From the NCBI GenBank assembly GCA_038063735.1, contig JBBTUN010000009.1, positions 12,491 to 76,490 of the forward strand: DNA of 64,000 bases, in the 5' to 3' direction. The notes under the pieces were generated by a model. The model saw only the letters and a program-made list of their open reading frames with translations, did no database searches and was not told the origin of the DNA. Every line of letters begins with the position of its first letter. Positions within the stretch are counted from its first letter, which is position 1. This document shows, one piece after another, positions 45,867 to 55,476 of this stretch. The stretch comes from Patescibacteria group bacterium. GTDB taxonomy: Bacteria > Patescibacteriota > Microgenomatia > Curtissbacterales > GWA2-41-24. Position numbers and translations under genes: made by a program.

Positions 45867-48423
45867 CGACGAGAAGAAAGATGAATTAACTACCCCCGAA
45901 GCTGGTAGTAACACGCCGCCTAGTGCTGAGCAATTAGATGCCGGGCAAACTGCGGCAAGACAAACTGAAGATGCCGCGAGAAAAGCTTCCGAAGCAGGTG
46001 GGCTAGAACAAGGTCTAAAAAGCGTAGCGTCTGCTGGTGATGCTGGACAGGAAGGAAATGGTGGCAATATAGCGCCTGAGCAACCTGGACCAAGAGTTCC
46101 AATTGAACCTGGCGAAAGTCTTACCACCGAGGAATATTTTGATTCTGTTTCCAAAGCTCCAAACACAGATGCACTACTTGCGAAAATGCCGCCTGGATTA
46201 AGAGCGGGTTACGATCGTTACACAGCAGAACATCCTATTGAGCCAAGAGATGGTCTTAATAGATTAGGCGATGGATCTGTTGATTACGGTGATGGGGTAA
46301 TTGGACCTTCTGCTGAAGATATTGCCCGAGCTAAAGGACCGCCTGTGGAGTCTGGTGCGGGAGCTAAAGAAATTTTAAACCAGGGGGCAGAAGAGCTTAG
46401 ACGCAGAGAAGCTGCAGCCGGTGGCGGTGAACCGCCGGTGGATGTTCCTCCGGTTGCTGCGGCAGATAACGACGGTAATGGTAACGAAACAGATGGTGCA
46501 ACTCCCCCTGTAGAAAAGATGTCAAGATACACGGTTGCTGATTCAAACGAAAGTATTGCACGCGATATGGTGAGGAGGCACGACGCAGGTGAGGATGCAG
46601 ACCCCAATGATGGTTTTTTGGAGTTGCCACTTGAAAAAAAAGCTTATGTGATAAGTGATTTGTATGGACTTTACCTCGAGAGGGGTGTTGATGATAAAGA
46701 TCATAAGGAATTTCTGGATGATATTAGAGAAGGTTTTGAAGATGAAATTGCCGCTCTACCGGATGGGGATGAGAAAACGAGATACGAGCAGGAAATGGCT
46801 GACTGGGATAAGTACTTGAGGGTCGAAGGTACGGCAAGTCCTGATACTGGTGGAGCGTCTGAAAATGTCGACCAGGCAAAAGGCATACGTGATAGTTTAG
46901 ACGCGGGCATGGATCCGGAGGAACTGCGAAGGACCATTGCAGGCAATCCGGAAGCAGCAGCAATTTTAGATAGCGTACTGGCAGAAAGAGGTGCAGCGCC
47001 GCCCGCGCCTGATGCAAGTACTCCGGAAACCCCAGAACCGGCAAGGCCAAGCGCGCCAACTCCCGAACCTGCTGCTCCCTCTCGTGCAGACACACTAAGG
47101 GCACGCGCGGCAGATAGTTTGAGTGAGGAAGAGTTGGCTTATATGAGGTTGGCGGACATGAAACCCAAGGCACTCGCAAGAGAGTTGAGAAGGAAACAAG
47201 CCAGATTAAAAACATTAGAAAGACTCTTAGATAGAACAGCAGATGATACAAAAGCGGCAGAGTATGCAGAAAAAGCTGGGAAGCTGGAGGACGAGATCGA
47301 CTTTATCAAGCAAGTTATGGAGGACGAGGGTGTCGATGCTGATGAGGCAGGCAATGGAGGTACAAGTAATAAAAGTGAGAAGCAGACGGAAGCTGCCAGA
47401 AAACTGGAAGAGAAGATGGATGACTACAGGAGGTTCGGTGAGAGTACTTTTGATGAGTTAAAGAAAACGGAAGACAAGGAGCAAGGTGTTCTAAAGGGTT
47501 TGAGAGAGTCATTTTCTCGTGCAAAGTCAAAAGAGGAGCGAGACTTAATTAATAGTAAAATCGCCGAGGCTGAAGCAAGGCTCGCTGTTATAAAAAGCTT
47601 TAAAGCAGAAAAAGAAGTTGGACACTTAGAGGATAAGAACGACGAGGCGATTAAAGAAACACAACTAAGACGTAGAGAGCTGGGTGAAACTGCTTATCTT
47701 GAAGGGAATATTAAGAATAACAAAACAGCACTGGAAGCGCTAGATAAGGATATTCTGGCAATCGAGGAGAAAATTCTAAAGGAGAGAGAAGGGAGCGAGG
47801 AATGGAAACGGCTCAACCACCAAAAACTAGAACTTAGTAAGCGGGCAAATAAGATGCGAGAGACTTTGCGCTTAGATGAGGACGCTTTGGAAGTTGCCAA
47901 AGAAAAGGCAAAGAAAGATGTAAAACTTAGATCGACATGGGAAAATATAGATCAAAAGAGCCCCGAAGAGTACAGGGCGATGTCCCGTGAAGAACAGATA
48001 AAATACCTTGATGAGGTAGCAAAGGTTTTGCCTGAAGGAAAGAGATATAATTTCGATAATCTTAACGGAAGAGCAATGGCTGGGCAACCTTTGTCCATTG
48101 AAGAGCGTGCGTATCTGCAGAACGAGATTTCACATAGACTACTTGCTGGGACATACGATGCTAAATGCATCACAAAATTAGTCCAATATCCAGAAATTGC
48201 AGATGGTGTGATTGAGAAATTCATGTACCATAAAAGTTTGGAGAAGTGGCGAAGAGAGAATTGTCCGAATGGTTGGGAAAAGGTGATTGATCTTGCTAAG
48301 AAATATCCTGCTTTATTTGCGATACTGGCTGCATTGATGGCAGCTGGAGTCACGGCTTCTGGTGGCGGTATTCCAGCTTTGGGATTTGCAAGTATGGGGG
48401 CTAAAAAAGGAATTTTTGGGTAG
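45859..48423 (+). CDS. large (854 aa) intrinsically disordered / coiled-coil protein with a single C-terminal membrane anchor, function unknown
   Basis: The N-terminal ~420 aa are Ala/Gly/Pro/Glu/Asp-rich and encoded by DNA of visibly higher GC than the surroundings. The middle ~280 aa are Lys/Glu-rich heptad coiled coil. The C-terminus has one hydrophobic helix (LFAILAALMAAGVTASGGGIPALGFA). No signal peptide. Confidence 0.45.
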   Translation: MPDDEKKDELTTPEAGSNTPPSAEQLDAGQTAARQTEDAARKASEAGGLEQGLKSVASAGDAGQEGNGGNIAPEQPGPRVPIEPGESLTTEEYFDSVSKAPNTDALLAKMPPGLRAGYDRYTAEHPIEPRDGLNRLGDGSVDYGDGVIGPSAEDIARAKGPPVESGAGAKEILNQGAEELRRREAAAGGGEPPVDVPPVAAADNDGNGNETDGATPPVEKMSRYTVADSNESIARDMVRRHDAGEDADPNDGFLELPLEKKAYVISDLYGLYLERGVDDKDHKEFLDDIREGFEDEIAALPDGDEKTRYEQEMADWDKYLRVEGTASPDTGGASENVDQAKGIRDSLDAGMDPEELRRTIAGNPEAAAILDSVLAERGAAPPAPDASTPETPEPARPSAPTPEPAAPSRADTLRARAADSLSEEELAYMRLADMKPKALARELRRKQARLKTLERLLDRTADDTKAAEYAEKAGKLEDEIDFIKQVMEDEGVDADEAGNGGTSNKSEKQTEAARKLEEKMDDYRRFGESTFDELKKTEDKEQGVLKGLRESFSRAKSKEERDLINSKIAEAEARLAVIKSFKAEKEVGHLEDKNDEAIKETQLRRRELGETAYLEGNIKNNKTALEALDKDILAIEEKILKEREGSEEWKRLNHQKLELSKRANKMRETLRLDEDALEVAKEKAKKDVKLRSTWENIDQKSPEEYRAMSREEQIKYLDEVAKVLPEGKRYNFDNLNGRAMAGQPLSIEERAYLQNEISHRLLAGTYDAKCITKLVQYPEIADGVIEKFMYHKSLEKWRRENCPNGWEKVIDLAKKYPALFAILAALMAAGVTASGGGIPALGFASMGAKKGIFG

Positions 48424-48513
48424 GTCGGTGGGTCGGTAGAGTCAGTAAAATCAGTAATGTAGGTAAAATCGGTATAGTCGGTAATTTCAGTGTTTTCAGT
48501 AAAGTCGGTAAGC
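48422..48513. repeat. direct array of about 11 GTCGGTA/TCAGTA 8-9 bp units, same family as the 26.5 kb array
   Basis: GTCGGTGGGTCGGTAGAGTCAGTAAAATCAGTAATGTAGGTAAAATCGGTATAGTCGGTAATTTCAGTGTTTTCAGTAAAGTCGGTAAGC. Located between convergent genes. Confidence 0.65.
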
Positions 48514-48521
48514 AAAAATAA

Positions 48522-51482
48522 CTATTTCTTGGAAACTTTTATTAAAAATTGGCGGTCGGTATTTAAATTTGTTTGAGCGGTTACGTTTTGTTTGCCGCCA
48601 ACGCCAGCGCTGCAATCAGAAGATCCTGAATCTAGTTCAGTATGACAAGGAGAAGCAGAGTCGATTTTTAGGTAGGCTGGCAGGTTAAAGGTGAATTTAA
48701 ATGGGTCTTTTTCTGTACCGGGTTGTTTTTGCACATAAAGAGAATATGCCGGGGCTTGCTCGAGCTTTATGTTTTTTGGAATTCTGTAGACAAAAGTTAT
48801 GGTTCTTTCTTCTTTAACAGGCACTTCCACAAGAGTCGCAAAAGCGGTTAAGTTTCCTTGAGTCGTCACTTCTACTTTGGCCTCATCGCTGGTGGCTTGA
48901 TTTTTTAACTTATCTTTAGATGCGACATTTTGCCCGTCGTCATAACTTTCCAGGCCACTTCCAAGTGGCGTAAAAACTCTTAAATAATTAACGTATGTTC
49001 CACCCGGCCAAGTATCTGCCGGGCTATTATTTTTGTAGGTTATTGCCAGTTTGGCCACGAGTCCCGCATCTCGGTCTACAGTCATTTCGTAATTAACATC
49101 TCTATTTAGATATCTATTTACTTTATTGGCGCCCACATTTGCTTCGGACAGGGCTAAATAGTCGCTTGTGGCATTTTTGTTGTCCTGGGGATTGTAGGTA
49201 AACGGTGGTGTTAAATTGCTCCAATTTTTAACTTTTACATACGTAGAAAGGCTGGGGTTATCAAAAGAGATTAGCATGTGTTTTTGGGCGAGTGCTTCAC
49301 CGGTTGTGGTAAGTAGCGCAAGCCAGGGTAAGTGGTCGTTCCCCTGGGTGGGAGTTGAGAAACTTGCAACGACTTTACCAATCAGTTTATTTGTAAGGGA
49401 GGTAAAGAAATCGCGCTTTTGAGTGGAACCGGGGAAAAAGCCGACTTCGGCATAATATTCCCCTTTATCAAAAAGGTTACCAGCCGTTATTTCTTCGTTG
49501 TAATCGTCAAGTTTTATGGGGCCAATTTTTTCCAGCAGTTTTTGCATGTAGTCAAGGTCTATGGCAATTACTCCATCAACTGTTTTGCCTGTTTCCTTTT
49601 TATAAAAATCGCGGGCGGTTTTGGCGTTGATTTCGAAATCCGTACTCCAATTGGAATCCCGCAGGTATAGTTGCTTGACACCCAACTTTTCCACAAGAGG
49701 CGCGGGCGGATTGATCTTTTCTTTGAGTTGGCCGTCTATTGTATAAATATCCTCGACATTAATTGACTTTAGTTTGCCACTTTCCAAAACTATTTCTCCG
49801 AAATTACCGATGAAACCTCCTCCCGGCCTTAGCTCTGAGTTATTCTGGAGCAAGATTAGGTAAGTTTTTTTTGAATCGATACCAATAAGATCTGCAGTTA
49901 GGTTTGTTAACTCAAGCGTATTAAGGCTTAGTTCGTTTAAAGATTTTATGTTTGTTTCCAGGCTGTTTAACTTAGATTTAAAGATGCCGTTTTTTTGGGC
50001 ACTTTGGACTAGTGCCAGGGCCCTGGCGCTTTCGAAATAGGCCTTGCTTATTAAGGCCTGTGGGTCCTCTATATTGAAAGTGCTTTTGGCCGGTTTGTCC
50101 GAGGCGATGTACTCAAGATCGACAGCAAGCGTCTTTGCTCCGCTAATGAAATTGGCAAAGGCAGACGCAGTTAGCTGGGCACTTTCGAGTGAGTTACTGA
50201 CGCTTTGAATTTTTTTGGGAATGACAAGAGAGACGGGATAAGTTAATTTATTGAATTCCCAATTTGCACTGCCAAAAGAATTTTTGGCACTCGTTGCTTT
50301 TTTAAGCGCTGTATCAAAATCCCCGGACTGAAGTTTTATTTGCGCGCTCTTTAGAGAATTTACACCAGAGTAAAGATCCAGGCTAATTTTGCCCGTGAAC
50401 ACAACGATAACCAGTACAAAAACAAATAAAACTGCGAGTTTTGATTTGAAGCTAAATCCAAAGCTTGGTAATTTGGGTAACTTTTTGGGTAGTGATTTTT
50501 TAAGTTGAGGCGAAACTTCATGCTTTTCTACTGTTTTTGGTAAAACTACTTCGGGACGCGCGAGAAGAGGGTCCAGGAAACTAAGCTTTTTTACCATATC
50601 TTTGTCTTTAAAAAATGTCAGTGTGTTTTCTAAGCCTTCCTTCAAATTAAACCTGGGCGAGAAACCAAGATCATGGATTCTGACAACAGGTTCGGGTTTT
50701 GGTTTTTCGATTTGCGGCTCACCGGCAAAAAAGAGGCTTAGTTCTTTTTGAAGTAGAATGTGGGCGCTGTTTTTTATTTCGTAGGCACAAGACAGCGCCG
50801 TCAGGGGGCTAGTGGAGATTATAAACCGGATGTTTTTGCCAGAATCGTTGGCCATGAATTTGTTGAATGCATGAAGCGCATCGTCGATATATGTTGGATA
50901 AATCATGGTCAAGCCTTCACTCTCCAAAATTATTTTGTCGGTTTGGGTTGCCTGGGTAATGAGGTAAATAAGCTCGTTATTTTCAAAGTAACTATCTTTG
51001 GTGTTTTTTTCGTACTTATTGTGAAGCTTTATGCCGGGGCCATAAATATCTCCCATTAAAAAAAGTTTGATGTTTTTTTTCGCTTCTTCGTCGCGCGCCG
51101 CAAAATCCAGGAAATCTGAACTTGTGGTAATTTTGGCAACAAAAATGACCTTTGAGGTACCACTTCTTGCTTTTGAAATTAGGTTCGAGGTGACGGCGGA
51201 GACTTTTGAAGCGGAAAAATCTCCTCCGGCATTTAAATCTTCACTTGTTAAGTGGATGATTAGATCAAATGTGGGTAAATGGTTTGGGAAAGGCTGTGCC
51301 AGATCTATGTCTACAAAGGTAAATCTATGATCCTGGAGAACATCTTCTTGCGGTTGAGTTTTGCCCGCGCCATAAATTTGGTAACCTCTTTTGAGCAAGT
51401 TTTTTGCAAGCGCGGAACCAAAACAACTGCCTACATCGGTTATTAATATTTGCGATTTTGTTGTTTGGGCAGGGGCATCCAT
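48522..51482 (-). CDS. fusion protein: N-terminal NAD-dependent epimerase/dehydratase (SDR) domain, TM helix, C-terminal DUF4012-like extracytoplasmic domain
   Basis: The N-terminus ILITDVGSCFGSALAKNLLKRGYQIYGAG is a Rossmann motif. A TM helix lies at ~aa 345-365 (LAVLFVFVLVIVVFTG). The ~600-aa C-terminal domain has the size and composition typical of DUF4012 proteins found in polysaccharide loci. Confidence 0.45.
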   Translation of the reverse strand: MDAPAQTTKSQILITDVGSCFGSALAKNLLKRGYQIYGAGKTQPQEDVLQDHRFTFVDIDLAQPFPNHLPTFDLIIHLTSEDLNAGGDFSASKVSAVTSNLISKARSGTSKVIFVAKITTSSDFLDFAARDEEAKKNIKLFLMGDIYGPGIKLHNKYEKNTKDSYFENNELIYLITQATQTDKIILESEGLTMIYPTYIDDALHAFNKFMANDSGKNIRFIISTSPLTALSCAYEIKNSAHILLQKELSLFFAGEPQIEKPKPEPVVRIHDLGFSPRFNLKEGLENTLTFFKDKDMVKKLSFLDPLLARPEVVLPKTVEKHEVSPQLKKSLPKKLPKLPSFGFSFKSKLAVLFVFVLVIVVFTGKISLDLYSGVNSLKSAQIKLQSGDFDTALKKATSAKNSFGSANWEFNKLTYPVSLVIPKKIQSVSNSLESAQLTASAFANFISGAKTLAVDLEYIASDKPAKSTFNIEDPQALISKAYFESARALALVQSAQKNGIFKSKLNSLETNIKSLNELSLNTLELTNLTADLIGIDSKKTYLILLQNNSELRPGGGFIGNFGEIVLESGKLKSINVEDIYTIDGQLKEKINPPAPLVEKLGVKQLYLRDSNWSTDFEINAKTARDFYKKETGKTVDGVIAIDLDYMQKLLEKIGPIKLDDYNEEITAGNLFDKGEYYAEVGFFPGSTQKRDFFTSLTNKLIGKVVASFSTPTQGNDHLPWLALLTTTGEALAQKHMLISFDNPSLSTYVKVKNWSNLTPPFTYNPQDNKNATSDYLALSEANVGANKVNRYLNRDVNYEMTVDRDAGLVAKLAITYKNNSPADTWPGGTYVNYLRVFTPLGSGLESYDDGQNVASKDKLKNQATSDEAKVEVTTQGNLTAFATLVEVPVKEERTITFVYRIPKNIKLEQAPAYSLYVQKQPGTEKDPFKFTFNLPAYLKIDSASPCHTELDSGSSDCSAGVGGKQNVTAQTNLNTDRQFLIKVSKK

Positions 51483-52042
51483 TAAAGCTTAAGGTATTTG
51501 GCGAGCGCTAAAATCGATAACGAAGCAATAAAGCCAAGACTTGCGCCAAATGCGGCCATAATTTTGCTATTTAAAACCTGCCGTGTCGGGTCGTTTGGAA
51601 TGCCAACGCCCACGAGTTCTATATTCGCTTGCGGCACAAGGTTTTTAATTTTCTCGTTATATGAATATATGACTTTTGTCGATGTTTGACTGGAAACGTC
51701 TTTGTTTTTGGCAGTAACGGTTATTCTGATTACCTGAGGCGCCATTTTCCTGACTTCCAGTTGAGATTCTCCTAAATCTGCCCCGCTTGCAAAATCGGGG
51801 CTTTGTAAGATAGCAACGGTGGTGTCGGTGAGATTTGATGAATCAACCCGAGGAGAATTTTCGCTTAGGGTATTTTTGTCCTGTACTTTCACAAAGAGCA
51901 GCGTTTGCTGTTGGTAACCGGACTTTAAAAATTTGGTGGATGAAAATCCGACGCTTGATGCCACAAGAGTAATTATGGCGATAAATATTAAATTTTTCTT
52001 TATTTGACTAGTTAAATCTTTAATTTCCATACCATTTTGCAA
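51482..52042 (-). CDS. short Wzz/YveK-like polysaccharide chain-length-determinant-type membrane protein (two TM helices)
   Basis: N-terminus EIKDLTSQIKKNLIFIAIITLVASSVGF (Wzz N-terminal-like), a C-terminal TM helix, and a periplasmic segment between them. 186 aa. Start overlaps the previous gene's stop. Confidence 0.3.
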   Translation of the reverse strand: MQNGMEIKDLTSQIKKNLIFIAIITLVASSVGFSSTKFLKSGYQQQTLLFVKVQDKNTLSENSPRVDSSNLTDTTVAILQSPDFASGADLGESQLEVRKMAPQVIRITVTAKNKDVSSQTSTKVIYSYNEKIKNLVPQANIELVGVGIPNDPTRQVLNSKIMAAFGASLGFIASLSILALAKYLKL

Positions 52043-52433
52043 GAGTAGTATCGAGCGCCAAATTTACTAATCTGTCGGCTTCTTTATTTTGCTCTCTTGG
52101 CACATGTTTGTAGACAATTTTACTAAAGCTTGTCTCCAGTTGCCTAATTTTAACAATTAATTCGCGGATTGTTGCGTTTTTTACTTTGTATAGACCGTTT
52201 AGCTGTGAAACCACAAGCAAAGAGTCGAGGTTAAATGTAAGCTCTTCATCTTTAGTGTTTTCTTTTAACCAACTTAGCGCCTCAATAACTGCCGTATATT
52301 CCGCGGTGTTATTGGTTGCTATACCTATGTATCCGAAGCCTTCTTTAACCAACTTACCATTGGATTTAACTACAAAGCCAAAGGCTGCCGGGCCGGGGTT
52401 GCCGCGAGATCCGCCATCGCAATTAATAAGCAT
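52020..52433 (-). CDS. rnhA: ribonuclease HI
   Basis: MLINCDGGSRGNPGPAAFGFVV ... TNNTAEYTAVIEAL ... the DEDD catalytic pattern of RNase H1. 137 aa. Confidence 0.85.
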   Translation of the reverse strand: MLINCDGGSRGNPGPAAFGFVVKSNGKLVKEGFGYIGIATNNTAEYTAVIEALSWLKENTKDEELTFNLDSLLVVSQLNGLYKVKNATIRELIVKIRQLETSFSKIVYKHVPREQNKEADRLVNLALDTTLAKWYGN

Positions 52434-52486
52434 GTTGGTATTTTAGTGTATAGGCGGTAAGTTTGCTAGACAATGCTTTGAGGTTC

Positions 52487-53731
52487 TCAGTCTTTGTTTT
52501 GCCTTACCAAAAAGATAATAAGCATAAGAGTAATTAGGCTTTCGGAAAAAATAGTCACAATTGCGGCCGCCAGAAATCCATACTTGGGAATTAATAATAA
52601 GTTGAGTAATAAGTTAACGACTGCACCTACCGCGTAGATTGCGATCAACTGTTTTTGTCTATTTTTAATAATCAGGATGTGCCAGAGAAGAGCGGAGATG
52701 AAGAAGAATGGCATGCCAAGAGCAAGAATAACGAGCGCCATTTGAGAACCATTGAACCTGGCACCAAATAGAGGCGGGATTAAATAGGACGCAATTATTA
52801 AGCCAAGAGAGAGAAATATTGAGACGACTGTTAAAATCTGCAACCATCTTTTAATCTGTTTTTGATACTCCGGTTTATCTTGTGCATACAGCCCCGTTAA
52901 GAGCGGGTAAAGGGCGTTCGTGAAGAATATGGGTATAGACAGCGCTGCTTCAAAAAATTGGTATGCAAGGCCGTAAAGACCTACTTCTTGGGGCGGGCGG
53001 GTGTAAGCAAGAATAAATACGTCAGTTCTAAAATAAACGAGATTTAGAATTAGGGCGGTGCCAATTGGCCACGCATCTTTTAGAAAGCTTTTGGTATGCG
53101 AGATTGAAAAAGAGGGATAAATAGGAGCTTTAAAATATTTGTAAATTATGAAAAAGGCAACGATTACAAATGTTAACCCCCCGAATATGTACGAGACTGT
53201 ATACAGATAAATAGTTGGGGCAAACACGCTAGTGATTGACGTTAATAAAAGTATGACCAGCGTGCCTGCTACTGCGGCAATAACCGATAAATCGTAGCGC
53301 AGTTTTTTCTGAAAGAAGGCATTTGACGAGGTGAAGAGGGCTTGGGTAATTATCGTTGCAGACGCGATCAGTATGCCAAATTTGACCTGGGGAGTGAAAC
53401 CCAAACCGAGCTCTTTGTTGTAGGGTAATATCTGGCTAATCACAATTGCCGATCCCGCCAGTATTATTGCTAAAACCAGCCTCATGCCAATTAGGTAAGG
53501 CAGGAATTCTCTTATGTCTTTGCGACTGGAAATTTTGACGTAAATTGCGTTAAAGCCAAAATCGGCAAATGTATAAAAATAGCCGATAAAAACAAATATT
53601 TTAGTGAACTCCCCATAGCCGGCCGGTCCCAAAGAACGACCGATAAGCAGGGTGATGACAAGAGATGCGGATGCAGTAATTGCTTTACCTAAAATTTGGG
53701 CGGATGTGTTATAAAAAACTTTTTTAAACAT
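52487..53731 (-). CDS. oligosaccharide/polysaccharide flippase, Wzx (MOP superfamily)
   Basis: 414 aa with 12-14 TM helices. N-terminus VFYNTSAQILGKAITASASLVITLLIGRSLGPAGYGEF is typical of Wzx/PST-family flippases. Confidence 0.6.
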   Translation of the reverse strand: MFKKVFYNTSAQILGKAITASASLVITLLIGRSLGPAGYGEFTKIFVFIGYFYTFADFGFNAIYVKISSRKDIREFLPYLIGMRLVLAIILAGSAIVISQILPYNKELGLGFTPQVKFGILIASATIITQALFTSSNAFFQKKLRYDLSVIAAVAGTLVILLLTSITSVFAPTIYLYTVSYIFGGLTFVIVAFFIIYKYFKAPIYPSFSISHTKSFLKDAWPIGTALILNLVYFRTDVFILAYTRPPQEVGLYGLAYQFFEAALSIPIFFTNALYPLLTGLYAQDKPEYQKQIKRWLQILTVVSIFLSLGLIIASYLIPPLFGARFNGSQMALVILALGMPFFFISALLWHILIIKNRQKQLIAIYAVGAVVNLLLNLLLIPKYGFLAAAIVTIFSESLITLMLIIFLVRQNKD

Positions 53732-53757
53732 AGGATATTTTTTGTAACTTCAATATA

Positions 53758-54987
53758 TCAGGAAGACGAGTTTTTTTGCGAGCTTAGTATGTAGGACAAG
53801 GACAACCAGAGTACGAGTTGCCCCTGCTGTAGTGTCCACATAAAATGATCGATACTTAAATAAATAAGTACTACAAAAAACAAGAATAGTCTCGCTTTGT
53901 CTTTCGTAAATTTTGAAACGGTAAGAAGAATGAGCGAAAATAATAACAAACCCAATAAGCCGTTTTCAGCAAGAATCAGCAAGAATACGTTATGAACGGG
54001 CTGAAGAAGTCTAACTTCCGAAACAGATTGCAAATTAAGCTTTGAAATTGCCAGTATAAAATTATTACTGCCCACACCCAGGATAATATTTTGAGATGCA
54101 ACCAGTAGCGCTGCTTGGGAAAGAAGAATGCGCTCGGCGATTGTATCTATGCTTCTTGGGAGCAGGGCGAAGACGTAGATGAGAACCAAAATAACGATTG
54201 TTAGAGCAGCCACAACTAAATGGGTCCGTTTTTTTACAATGACTACCGGGCTAATAAAAAGCATAATAAGAGCTGTTTTGGAAAAAGAGGCAAAGATTGA
54301 TATTATTGCCAGTGCGTGGGGGATGATTGCCTTTTTTGGCAGAGGGTATAAATCATTATTTTTTAGGGAACTGGCCAGTATAATCAGGAGAACCAGGTTG
54401 AATGCGCCCATAACGTTGGGGTGCGGAAAAGTTCCATATGGTCTTAGGAACTGGTTTTGAAAAATTTCAATATGAGCAATGCCTGTGGTTGTTGTGTCAA
54501 ACGATCTTTCCCCAAGAAACCAAAGACCCAGCGACCTTTGAGTTATAAATTGATAGACAACCACTAGAGATTGCCAAGTAAGAGTAAACTTAAATATCCG
54601 CAGCGCAAGGGTGAACACTTTTTTTTGAGATAAATAGTAGGCGGCTGGTATAGAAAAGGCGGCCAGTTCAACTAGTTTTATCAAAAAAAACAGTGTTGCC
54701 TCTTTGCTTTCTTTTATGAAAAAGGCGCAAAGCGCAAGGTACGTGAGAAATGCACCTATGGCCAGCAAATACCATTTTTTGTCGGCGCAAAAATCTTTTA
54801 TTTTTTTTAGGCTTGAAATGCTGCTTAGCAAAAACAGGATTATTAGTATGTCACTTAAATAAATGGATGGAATTCGATAGTCGATGGGAATTCCAAGTAC
54901 ATAAGAAAAGGACAGTGGGAAAAATTTATTTAACTGAAGGGGGATAGTTAGAAGAACCACCAAGAAAAGGCGTTCTGTCCTTGCCAT
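53758..54987 (-). CDS. O-antigen ligase/polymerase-like (Wzy_C) polytopic membrane protein
   Basis: 409 aa with about 11 TM helices and a larger external loop. Its position next to Wzx suggests a Wzy/WaaL-type enzyme. Assignment is by topology and context only. Confidence 0.35.
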   Translation of the reverse strand: MARTERLFLVVLLTIPLQLNKFFPLSFSYVLGIPIDYRIPSIYLSDILIILFLLSSISSLKKIKDFCADKKWYLLAIGAFLTYLALCAFFIKESKEATLFFLIKLVELAAFSIPAAYYLSQKKVFTLALRIFKFTLTWQSLVVVYQFITQRSLGLWFLGERSFDTTTTGIAHIEIFQNQFLRPYGTFPHPNVMGAFNLVLLIILASSLKNNDLYPLPKKAIIPHALAIISIFASFSKTALIMLFISPVVIVKKRTHLVVAALTIVILVLIYVFALLPRSIDTIAERILLSQAALLVASQNIILGVGSNNFILAISKLNLQSVSEVRLLQPVHNVFLLILAENGLLGLLLFSLILLTVSKFTKDKARLFLFFVVLIYLSIDHFMWTLQQGQLVLWLSLSYILSSQKNSSS

Positions 54988-54990
54988 TTG

Positions 54991-55476
54991 TTACCCGGTG
55001 CGGGGCTTGATCACAAGATACCTTGAGTCTCCTTCTCCTACCGATTCTGTTGTCACTTTAGGATGATTTGTAAACAGCGCATGGATAACACGCCTTTCTG
55101 AGGGTTTCAGGTTATATAGAACTTCTTGTTCGTGGGTTTCCTCGACTTTCTCAGCAGCATTCAGGGCCATTTTTTCTAGTTTTTGTTCTTTGGCCCTGCG
55201 CCAGTTATCAATGTCCAAGAATACTTCGAAGTCATCTTCTCCTGTTTGAGACTTTAACCTTACCGCCATAACAAACTGCAGACTTTCCAGGTTGCTTCCG
55301 TATTTGCCAATGAGAAGTGATGAGTCTTCCGATTTGATATCAACAAAATAATTGTTATCTATTTTAGAAATTTCGGCTGTTGCCGAAACGCCCAGTCTTT
55401 CTATTAGATCTTTAACACATTGAGCGACAAGGTTTTCGTCAAGCTTTATTTTTTTTGTTTTCGCGGGTCCTGTCAC
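54991..55476 (-). CDS. Jag/KhpB-like RNA-binding protein (KH + R3H domains)
   Basis: KH-like LLIGKYGSNLESLQFV and R3H LKPSERRVIHALFTNHPKVTTESVGEGDSRYLVI. Located in the conserved position downstream of yidC. Confidence 0.7.
   Translation of the reverse strand: MTGPAKTKKIKLDENLVAQCVKDLIERLGVSATAEISKIDNNYFVDIKSEDSSLLIGKYGSNLESLQFVMAVRLKSQTGEDDFEVFLDIDNWRRAKEQKLEKMALNAAEKVEETHEQEVLYNLKPSERRVIHALFTNHPKVTTESVGEGDSRYLVIKPRTG

Noticed and set aside
46284-48515. Multiple minus-strand ORFs (46284-46607, 46701-47093, 46724-47251, 47952-48515 and others) antisense to the 854-aa gene
   Set aside because: These are shadow ORFs created by the low-complexity, GC-rich sense strand. The sense ORF is long and uninterrupted, and has KE-rich coiled-coil periodicity.
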